DNA of 64,000 nucleotides, from NCBI GenBank assembly GCA_001822835.1, contig MHSS01000004.1:7186-71185 (forward strand), in the 5' to 3' direction. Each line of letters begins with the position of its first letter. Position 1 is the stretch's first letter. The position numbers and the translations under genes were made by a program. Origin of the DNA: Candidatus Terrybacteria bacterium RIFCSPHIGHO2_01_FULL_48_17. GTDB taxonomy: Bacteria > Patescibacteriota > Minisyncoccia > Terrybacterales > 2-01-FULL-58-14. The notes beneath the pieces were generated by a model. The model had not been told where the DNA came from. It saw nothing but the letters and a program-made list of their open reading frames with translations, and did not search any database. Below are positions 1 to 7,033 of the stretch, in pieces.

Positions 1-103
1 GCCTTGATCTTGTGCTTACGCTGGACGAAATTACATCTTTCGAAAACGCCTCCCAATGGGAGGCGCCACTATTTCCTTCCTTCCGAGCCTTGTTGCCTGT
101 ACC

Positions 104-1564
104 CTATCGTACATAGTACTTCGCCTTAATCTCCGCTTCTTCCTCTTCAAGCACCGCCCTGTATTTTTCTTGGGCTTTTCGTCGAAGCTCGCTAAGCTCC
201 TCATCCGAAAATTTGTTAAGCTCCTGCATCTTATTAATTAGGTATTCTTTTGTGTTACGGCTAGGGTCATCCAACACCTCCTCAAATAATGCATCGATAA
301 TCGCTCCGACACGCGGCCCCGGCTTAATATCGAGAATCTCCATAACTTCGTCGCCGTTTATTGCCATCTGCTTGCGTGAGGTCGGCTCGGTCTGCACCTT
401 CTCAACCAAAAACATAAAGTAGCGTAGGCGGTACGGCCGGGCCTTGGGAACGCCCGATCCTATCCGATCCGCCTCTCGCACTTGCAATAACTCAGTGATA
501 TTTTCCTGCCCCGCACGCGCAACCAGGCGTCGAACACCAGCGGGCGTTACTTTGTCTGGATCGGATTGAAACATGTGATTGCGCACCAAAAGCGCTACCT
601 TCTCTATATCGTCTTTTGAAAAACGCAAGCGCGTAAGCATTTGGGCAGCCATGTTGCCTCCCACTGCTTCATGTCCGTAAAACGTAGAGTCGGGTCCGTC
701 GCCTTGTTTGGTACGCGGTTTGCCCACATCGTGCAAAAGCGAGGCAAGTCGTGCGTGGAACGAATACTTTTGTTCGGCGGCGTATTTGAGTGCCAACACA
801 TTGTGTTCCCACACGGTATAAATGTGGTGGCGGTTTTGCCCCACCCCAAAACCTTCCCCCAGTTCCGGCAATATGTAACGCAAAAGCTCTTGCTTGCGCA
901 AAAGCTCAATTCCCCTATCGGCATGGTCGGTCATGATAATTTTTTTGAGCTCGTCAGCAATACGCTCTTTCGCAATCATCTCCAAAAGACCCGCGTGCTC
1001 ACGTACTGCGGCTTGGGTCCTTTCCTCGATGTCAAACCCAAGGTCTGTGGCAAACCGTACTGCTCGCATGAGCCGCAGGGCATCTTCGGAAAAGCGCTTG
1101 TTTGGCTCTCCCACGGCACGAATCACCTTGTCCTCAAGATCTTTTGCGCCGGCGAACGGATCAACTAAACGGGTACCATCGTGCGCCATTGCGTTTATGG
1201 TAAAGTCCCGGCGGGCAAGATCCTCTTCAATGTTTTTGGCAAATTCAATTCGATCCGGATGCCGTTTGTCAGAATATCCCAGATCGCTGCGAAACGTGGT
1301 AACTTCGATGACGGCAACCCCCGGATCTTTTGATCCGGTTTTCACGCCAACGGTCCCAAACTGATTCTCGTAAAAAGAATCGGGGAAAAGTTTTTGAATC
1401 TCCTCCGGAGAAGCGCTGGTGGTGACATCCCAGTCCTTGGGTGGGCGACCAAGCATTGCATCGCGTAGACACCCTCCAACCACAAACGCTTCAAAGCCGG
1501 CATCTCCCAGCTTTCCAAGTATCTGGTGCGCTTCCTCCGGAAATTTGATATTCTCCTCTTTCAT
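104..1564 (-). CDS. cca: CCA tRNA nucleotidyltransferase with HD domain
   Basis: VVGGCLRD, DWD, RRDFTINAMA and EDALR motifs of class II nucleotidyltransferases, plus HDVGK (HD domain). The ORF extends to 1615; ATG 1564 is preferred. Confidence 0.92.
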   Translation of the reverse strand: MKEENIKFPEEAHQILGKLGDAGFEAFVVGGCLRDAMLGRPPKDWDVTTSASPEEIQKLFPDSFYENQFGTVGVKTGSKDPGVAVIEVTTFRSDLGYSDKRHPDRIEFAKNIEEDLARRDFTINAMAHDGTRLVDPFAGAKDLEDKVIRAVGEPNKRFSEDALRLMRAVRFATDLGFDIEERTQAAVREHAGLLEMIAKERIADELKKIIMTDHADRGIELLRKQELLRYILPELGEGFGVGQNRHHIYTVWEHNVLALKYAAEQKYSFHARLASLLHDVGKPRTKQGDGPDSTFYGHEAVGGNMAAQMLTRLRFSKDDIEKVALLVRNHMFQSDPDKVTPAGVRRLVARAGQENITELLQVREADRIGSGVPKARPYRLRYFMFLVEKVQTEPTSRKQMAINGDEVMEILDIKPGPRVGAIIDALFEEVLDDPSRNTKEYLINKMQELNKFSDEELSELRRKAQEKYRAVLEEEEAEIKAKYYVR

Positions 1565-1670
1565 AGCGTCTTGAGATTCTCGCCGCAGTGCTTCGTTGTT
1601 GTGAGTTTCTCCCATAATATTATCGCACGAATGCCTCTTTCTTTTATACTACTTTTCCTATAATGTAAAC

Positions 1671-2624
1671 GTGATGTATAGGGAAGGAGCGCTTCTTGAG
1701 CGCGCGCCAGAACACCCACAAGAAGAAACCGATTCGAGAATGATCGAACGGCGTTTCAGAGAATTGCCTTCGGAGGGAGTGGAGCTTTTGGCAACCAACC
1801 TTGCGCGACCGGATGGATTTGCAAAAACGCTTATTTTGGGGAGCATTTTGACTTCTGAAGAATTGCGTTTGCGTTTTGGCGCCGACTTTGTGAAAACACA
1901 TCGGGGATTTTATAGGGAGCACCCGAGCGCGCGACAGAACCAAGGGGGATTCGACTACAACACTTACATTTCGCTTGCTGGGGGCTTGCCCCAACGCGCC
2001 TATCAAGAAAGCTATCCGAATCGGTGGACAGATCCCGCGTGGCGCAAAGGCCTTGGTTTTATTACGCAGGCGGAAAAGCTCTTGGCACAAGAAAACGCCA
2101 AGCCGTCGTGGGGTATACCGGCGCTAAACGAGGCGATTGATGCTATTTCAAATACTGCGCGTTTTGAGCAACGCTTCCAAAGATATACGAACCGCACCCC
2201 ACACGAATACCAACAATTACTTGAACAGCCGACCAAAGATGACTTTCTCGACCAGCTGCACATTGCGCGCAAGGCAGAGTTTCTTACGGAACACGGCGAC
2301 CAAGCAGAAGTTAATATCGTGCCCACAGAAGGAATACTCCCGCGTTTACCGCTTGACCAAACCGTTATCCTCGTTCCGGAAAAAAGCGAAGAAGCGCTTC
2401 GGCGATATTTGCAAAGGAAGATCGGCGAGCTCAAGCCATTTGCAGAGGAGCTTAAGAATAGCTACGGAGTAGATATCGCCGAACTTACTCCGGAAGTTAT
2501 CCTTAGCCGTTATCCGAATATTTATTGGTATCCGCAGGATAATATCGGATTGGCCGTAGAATATTTAAGTGCACACAAAGAAAAGCTTGACGAATTGCTA
2601 CCCGAACAAAACTTGCGCCCGTAG
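1671..2624 (+). CDS. hypothetical protein (317 aa)
   Basis: Long ORF with TATAAT just upstream; no recognisable motif. Its stop codon lies inside the tRNA-Arg 5' end. Confidence 0.7.
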   Translation: MMYREGALLERAPEHPQEETDSRMIERRFRELPSEGVELLATNLARPDGFAKTLILGSILTSEELRLRFGADFVKTHRGFYREHPSARQNQGGFDYNTYISLAGGLPQRAYQESYPNRWTDPAWRKGLGFITQAEKLLAQENAKPSWGIPALNEAIDAISNTARFEQRFQRYTNRTPHEYQQLLEQPTKDDFLDQLHIARKAEFLTEHGDQAEVNIVPTEGILPRLPLDQTVILVPEKSEEALRRYLQRKIGELKPFAEELKNSYGVDIAELTPEVILSRYPNIYWYPQDNIGLAVEYLSAHKEKLDELLPEQNLRP

Positions 2625-2687
2625 CTCAACGGACAGAGCGCCTGGCTTCGGACCAGGAGGTTGAGGGTTCGAATCCTTCCGGGCGCG
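2615..2687 (+). tRNA. tRNA-Arg(TCG), no encoded CCA
   Basis: Acceptor GCGCCCG/CGGGCGC, D arm GCTC/GAGC, anticodon arm CCTGG-CTTCGGA-CCAGG, T loop TTCGAAT. Confidence 0.95.
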
Positions 2688-2697
2688 CAAATATAGA

Positions 2698-2718
2698 CGC
2701 CGCGGCATTGCCGCGGCG
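2698..2718. terminator. GC-rich hairpin between convergent tRNA-Arg and znuB
   Basis: CGCCGCGGC-ATT-GCCGCGGCG perfect 9-bp stem. Confidence 0.6.
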
Positions 2719-2763
2719 CTTCTGTGTCCTTATCCCCTATCCCCTTATAACTTACCCTGCTTC

Positions 2764-3537
2764 TTACGCTCTTCTCCACGCAAGCGACAAGGCAAACAGC
2801 CCAACGCTTACTAAAATAATTGGGGGTCCGGGAGGAATCGAAAAGTAAGATCCCAACACAAGGCCCGTGATTGTCGCAATAACGGCAATCCCGGCGCTTA
2901 AGACAAGGAAGCTGCGAAGAGAAGAGCTCATATTTTGCGCAGTAGCCGCGGGAACGATAATTAAGGCACCCATCAACAACGTTCCTGCAAAACGGTAACC
3001 CAAAAGCACTCCTGCGGCAAACGCTAAAAGAAAGAGAAGCTCTGCAACATCTGTTTTTATTTTTGCGGAAGCGGCAAGCTCCGGCGAGACAACCGATAAC
3101 ACCAGACGCCGGGTTGCAAAAACCATAAGAATAATGAGGAGCAGTGCTGCAATAATGGCAACCACCGCCGCAAAGGGCGGAAGCGTTTCAATGCCTCCAA
3201 AAAGGGTCTCGAGCACCTCCTCTTCATGCCCGGCAAAAAGCAACGCGCCGACGGCAAGAGCTGAAACAAAAAATACTCCAATAACCGTTTCTTCGGGAAG
3301 TTTCGTCCGGGTACGTACAGCCCAAATAGCGTATGCCGCGCCGAACAAAAAAAGAGCCGCCCCCAAAGATGGAGAAAACGAAAAAGTTAGCGCAAGCGCA
3401 ACACCAGGAAATGCTACGTGCGACAACACATCCCCTGCAAGCGCCATGCGTTTCATAACGGCAAATACCCCCAAAACCCCGGCCGCTGCCGCAATAGCAG
3501 CGCCTGCCATAAAGGTAAGGATAAGATCAAAATCCAT
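2764..3537 (-). CDS. znuB: Zn/Mn ABC transporter permease (ABC-3)
   Basis: MALAGDVLSHVAFPGVALA motif, multi-TM, IIVPAATA motif. Confidence 0.88.
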   Translation of the reverse strand: MDFDLILTFMAGAAIAAAAGVLGVFAVMKRMALAGDVLSHVAFPGVALALTFSFSPSLGAALFLFGAAYAIWAVRTRTKLPEETVIGVFFVSALAVGALLFAGHEEEVLETLFGGIETLPPFAAVVAIIAALLLIILMVFATRRLVLSVVSPELAASAKIKTDVAELLFLLAFAAGVLLGYRFAGTLLMGALIIVPAATAQNMSSSLRSFLVLSAGIAVIATITGLVLGSYFSIPPGPPIILVSVGLFALSLAWRRA

Positions 3538-3543
3538 ATGCTA

Positions 3544-4254
3544 TTAATGTTGGTGCTCGTGATGTAAGTGTTGGTAAAAGCCGCGCTCGCCGCCGTACAC
3601 TTTTTGTAACACCTCTGGCGTTAACGCATCATGAATGCTGCCGTAACATACTTGGCTGCGGTTTACGCATACCACATGTGCGGCGTAACGGTATACGACA
3701 TTAAGGTCATGAGAAATCAACAAAATAGTGAGGTTGTGCTGTTTTTTGAGGCGTTCCAGCATTCGATAAATCTCTTCTGCTCCCGGCATGTCAACAGAGG
3801 TAGTTGCTTCATCAATCAACAATACGTCGGGGCTGCCCACCAAAGCCCAGGCAATTAATACGCGCTGCAATTGTCCTCCGGAGAGCACCCCGAGTTTTTT
3901 GTTCAAAATGTCGGCCTTTAACTCCACATCCTCAAGAACCTTGGCAAGATCCCTTGGACGTTCTCCGGTTTTGAACGAAAAAAATTCCTCCACCGTAAGC
4001 GGGAGATCTCGTTCTACACCAAAACGCTGGGGAACATATCCCAGCTTTATGTGTTTTGCCCACTCAATGCTTCCGGCATACGGTAATAGTCCAAGGAGCG
4101 TACGGAAGAGAACGGTTTTCCCCGCACCATTAGGACCAAGAATCGCAACAATATCACCGCGGTGTACGGCAAACGAGAGCTTGTCCAACACCACGTCATT
4201 GCCAAATGCAACCTGCAGATTTTTGACCTCAAGGACTACTTCTCCTTGTTCCAT
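3544..4254 (-). CDS. znuC: Zn/Mn ABC transporter ATP-binding protein
   Basis: GPNGAGKT, GYVPQ, LSGGQLQR, LLIDE, ISHD; His-rich C-terminus. Confidence 0.9.
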   Translation of the reverse strand: MEQGEVVLEVKNLQVAFGNDVVLDKLSFAVHRGDIVAILGPNGAGKTVLFRTLLGLLPYAGSIEWAKHIKLGYVPQRFGVERDLPLTVEEFFSFKTGERPRDLAKVLEDVELKADILNKKLGVLSGGQLQRVLIAWALVGSPDVLLIDEATTSVDMPGAEEIYRMLERLKKQHNLTILLISHDLNVVYRYAAHVVCVNRSQVCYGSIHDALTPEVLQKVYGGERGFYQHLHHEHQH

Positions 4255-4264
4255 AAAATCAGTA

Positions 4265-4290
4265 TACAGGGTACAGGGTACAGGGTACAG
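4265..4290 (+). repeat. (TACAGGG)x3.7 heptamer array
   Basis: Read directly; lies upstream of the znuC start. Confidence 0.9.
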
Positions 4291-4317
4291 CGTTGGAACG
4301 CAGTATATAAAGGTGAA

Positions 4318-4341
4318 GGCCCCGACCGTTTGGTCGGGGCC
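4318..4341 (-). terminator. intrinsic terminator hairpin
   Basis: GGCCCCGACC-GTTT-GGTCGGGGCC just downstream of the 4355 stop. Confidence 0.7.
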
Positions 4342-4354
4342 CTCTATTTAGTTA

Positions 4355-4693
4355 TTAGGCCGTTGGCTTCTGCTTGCCGAGGCGCTCGCCCGTCTGGTGG
4401 AGCACGCAGGCGAGAATCGGCAGCGTGCTGACCTCCCGCGCGCCCTTGTGAGGCACAAAGGAGAAGGGCAGCAGAACGTCAACCAGCACTTCGTCGTCCG
4501 GATACGTGTCACGGACAACGACGATCTTGCCGTCCCGCTTCTCCTTTTGGGGGATGACCACGACGGCCTTGCCGTGGTAATCGCGGAGAGGATACGCTGG
4601 GTCGCGTCCGGCAGCCAGACCCTCCGCAGACATCCGCACTTCGCAGACGTCACCGGCGCGGAACGTTGGGCCGAGGTTGGACATGTGCTTCAC
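4355..4693 (-). CDS. hypothetical protein (high GC)
   Basis: GTG start overlaps the upstream TGA (GTGA coupling), preceded by an SD GAAGGAGGG. Confidence 0.65.
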   Translation of the reverse strand: MKHMSNLGPTFRAGDVCEVRMSAEGLAAGRDPAYPLRDYHGKAVVVIPQKEKRDGKIVVVRDTYPDDEVLVDVLLPFSFVPHKGAREVSTLPILACVLHQTGERLGKQKPTA

Positions 4694-5079
4694 GCCGATC
4701 CCTCCTTCTCGATGTCGATCTCTGCCCCGCACTCGGGACAGGCAATGGGGACATCGCTCTCCGGCGTCCACTCTCCGGCAGCGCACCCGCTTTTGCGGTT
4801 CGCGCACCGCCACCGGGTTAGGGAGCCCCTGCCCTGCCGAACCTTGCCGACGTTGAACTCCGTCGGGAGATGGGCAGTAATGCTCCTCTCCTCCGGCGTG
4901 TGCACGGTGATTTGCACCGCGTTCGCGCCAGCCACGATTGAGGTGACCACCCCATCGACCCTTCGATCCGGAAGCGGCTCCCGCTTCCGTTTCTGGGACT
5001 TGTCGTCCCAGACATGAGCTATGCGGCCGGTCTGGGTGAAATTCACCACGAAACCGACCTCGAGCTGTCCAGCCTTCAT
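4690..5079 (-). CDS. hypothetical protein with C-terminal Zn ribbon (high GC)
   Basis: SD AAGGAGG, consensus promoter upstream, CANRKSGC...CPEC. Confidence 0.75.
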   Translation of the reverse strand: MKAGQLEVGFVVNFTQTGRIAHVWDDKSQKRKREPLPDRRVDGVVTSIVAGANAVQITVHTPEERSITAHLPTEFNVGKVRQGRGSLTRWRCANRKSGCAAGEWTPESDVPIACPECGAEIDIEKEGSA

Positions 5080-5126
5080 CGGATTCCTCCTTTCCTTTAC
5101 GGCTGGTCTGGTAATGTACCTTCTTA

Positions 5127-5155
5127 ATTATAAACCCTTATACAAATATTGTCAA
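5127..5155 (-). promoter_or_regulatory. consensus sigma70 promoter
   Basis: TTGACA-17 nt-TATAAT on the minus strand. Confidence 0.8.
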
Positions 5156-5263
5156 GGTTTGCTGATTTCCCAAAAATACAGTATTTTAAAAGACGGAGCG
5201 CCCCGAACCAGAGCGAAGCACGATTCGGGGCAGCCCTGAACCGAACTTTGTTCTGGTTCATGG

Positions 5264-5336
5264 GCGCCCATAGCTCAATTGGCAGAGCAGCTCCCTCTTA
5301 AGGAGACGGTTTCAGGTTCGACTCCTGATGGGCGCA
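5264..5336 (+). tRNA. tRNA-Lys(CTT), no encoded CCA
   Basis: Acceptor GCGCCCA/TGGGCGC, anticodon loop CTCTTAA, T loop TTCGACT. Confidence 0.95.
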
Positions 5337-5344
5337 CATCACTC

Positions 5345-5430
5345 GTTGCCGCCGCGGATTTTCACGCCTTCATTGAATATTTAGACAGCTGGTCCCCACT
5401 GCCAGCCCGATGAAAATCCGCGCCGGCAAC
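5345..5430. repeat. 20-bp inverted repeat (19/20 match) with 46-nt spacer
   Basis: GTTGCCGCCGCGGATTTTCA ... TGAAAATCCGCGCCGGCAAC. Confidence 0.85.
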
Positions 5431-5483
5431 TCACTTAAGAAAGACTTTTTATAGGGCAAGATGGCGGAATCCTCAAAAATTTC

Positions 5484-5669
5484 ATGATCAAAAAACGTAA
5501 AGGCAAATACGTGGTGGTGAGCGAAACTACGGGACGGAAATTTGGCTCGTACCCCACGCTCAAAGAGGCAAAACATCACCTCGCTCAAATTGAATATTTC
5601 AAGCGGCTGAAGCATTCGCCACGACCGCAAAAGCAGCTTCGCAAAAAAGGCCTCGTCAAAAAGAAGTAG
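5484..5669 (+). CDS. small basic hypothetical protein
   Basis: MIKKRKGKYVVVS...GRKFGSYPT..EA...LAQIEYFK looks like a real compact basic domain; hairpin follows at 5670-5690. Confidence 0.75.
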   Translation: MIKKRKGKYVVVSETTGRKFGSYPTLKEAKHHLAQIEYFKRLKHSPRPQKQLRKKGLVKKK

Positions 5670-5695
5670 CGCCCCGAGATTCTCGGGGCGTCGGC

Positions 5696-6123
5696 TTACT
5701 TTGCCTCTGAATCTAGGAACGATTTTACCATCTTTTTGAAAAAATCCATTACTGCCTGCTGTTCTGGCAAAAGTTCGCGAAGGCGGTCTATGCTATAAGG
5801 AACGCGGCTCTGTGCCAGAAGATCAATAGGATCGGCGTAATACCTGTCGTGAAATGCGCGAAAGTTTTCCCACTCTTCCAGCACCAAAGACCCTGGCGCG
5901 GCGCGGTAGAGCACGTGACCGCTTGAGAAAAAAATAGCTCCCGCCCATCGCCATAGGAAAAACGGGCAACGATAGAAGCGCCAGCAGGCAGCCCCTTTCT
6001 CTTGATTGCCTCGATGCGCGCCCACTCTTCGTATCTCTCCAGTTGCTCATTATGTATCCGTTGGCTCGGCGTGAGATCAACGCCGGGGTAGGATAAAATT
6101 TTTGCCGCTGTCTTGTCTGGCAT
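5696..6123 (-). pseudogene. hypothetical gene split by a frameshift in a T7 run
   Basis: ORFs 5788..6123 and 5696..6025 join into one frame if the T7 at 5928-5934 becomes T8. Promoter and SD precede 6123; a terminator follows 5696. Confidence 0.55.
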
Positions 6124-6222
6124 TTCTCGCCTCTTTTATTTTGTCTTTTTCTTAATACCACGCTGATCCTTTTTTGTCAAAATCTTGCGCGGCAGGGTTG
6201 GTAGACGTAGAATACTAGAGGA

Positions 6223-6870
6223 ATGCGCCCGCTCGGAAAAACCCCAACCCGATGGTCTCCAAAAGTCGCCTACGCCATTGGACTCATTGCAACCGATGGT
6301 TGTCTCTCCAAAGACGGCCGGCATATAGATTTTACTTCGAAAGATAGGGAGCTCGTCGAAACATTCAAACGCTGTCTTGGCGTTACGGCGAAAACCGGCC
6401 GCAAAACAAGTGGCTATAATGGGAAAAAGTATTTCCGTGTACAATTCGGAGATGTATTGTTCTATAAATGGCTGCTGGAAATCGGGCTTATGGCTAAAAA
6501 GTCTACCGTCCTAGAATCGCTTAAGGTACCAGAAAAGTATTTTCCTGATTTTCTCCGAGGAAATTTCGACGGCGATGGAACAATATACGCTTACTGGGAT
6601 TCTCGATGGCGTAGTAGCTACATGTTTTATATAGCCTTTGCGTCAGCAAGCTTACCGTATCTTGAATGGCTGCGCGCATTAACCAAACGACTGATCGGCA
6701 TAAAGGGACGTATTATACCAATGTCGGGCGTATGGGGGCTTCGCTTTGCGAAGCAGGAATCATTGCAATTAATAAGAGTGATGTATTATACTGGCGAGGT
6801 TCCGCATCTTTTAAGAAAGCGCCGAAAGATAGAAAGAATCCTTACAACAAACGGCGTACGTAGCCGATAA
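6223..6870 (+). CDS. free-standing double-motif LAGLIDADG homing endonuclease-like protein
   Basis: AYAIGLIATDGCL and FLRGNFDGDGTI motifs; ends 2 nt before tRNA-Leu. Confidence 0.88.
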   Translation: MRPLGKTPTRWSPKVAYAIGLIATDGCLSKDGRHIDFTSKDRELVETFKRCLGVTAKTGRKTSGYNGKKYFRVQFGDVLFYKWLLEIGLMAKKSTVLESLKVPEKYFPDFLRGNFDGDGTIYAYWDSRWRSSYMFYIAFASASLPYLEWLRALTKRLIGIKGRIIPMSGVWGLRFAKQESLQLIRVMYYTGEVPHLLRKRRKIERILTTNGVRSR

Positions 6871-6872
6871 AT

Positions 6873-6956
6873 GCGCGGGTGGCGGAATTGGTACACGCGC
6901 AGGCTTGAGGGGCCTGTGGGCGAAAGCCCTTGGAGGTTCGAGTCCTCTCCCGCGCA
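6873..6956 (+). tRNA. tRNA-Leu(GAG), no encoded CCA
   Basis: Acceptor GCGCGGG/CCCGCGC, anticodon arm CAGGC-TTGAGGG-GCCTG, long variable arm GGGC-GAAA-GCCC, TTCGAGT. Confidence 0.95.
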
Positions 6957-6996
6957 CATCAACAAAAATCCAGCAGAAATGCGGGATTTTTAATTA

Positions 6997-7025
6997 TTGA
7001 CATTTAATAAATAATAGGTTAAAAT
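6997..7025 (+). promoter_or_regulatory. sigma70 promoter of the sortase locus
   Basis: TTGACA-17 nt-TAAAAT. Confidence 0.7.
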
Positions 7026-7033
7026 AAGAAGGT

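Noticed and set aside
1-116. C-terminal end of a + strand gene at the window edge
   Set aside because: An open frame (LDLVLTLDEITSF...PYRT*) exists but is too short to identify.
4397-5017. 206-aa + strand ORF and other long antisense ORFs (e.g. 60683..61582, 32557..33222)
   Set aside because: Shadow ORFs of well-supported opposite-strand genes, with no signals or motifs of their own.
6223-6956. Group I intron or intein around the LAGLIDADG gene
   Set aside because: The tRNA-Leu is uninterrupted, there is no room for a ribozyme core, and there are no intein splice residues or host exteins.
5332-6961. attL/attR pair from the GCGCACATCA shared by the tRNA-Lys and tRNA-Leu 3' ends
   Set aside because: Only 10 bp, half of it constrained acceptor stem; both copies belong to complete tRNAs and no integrase lies between them.
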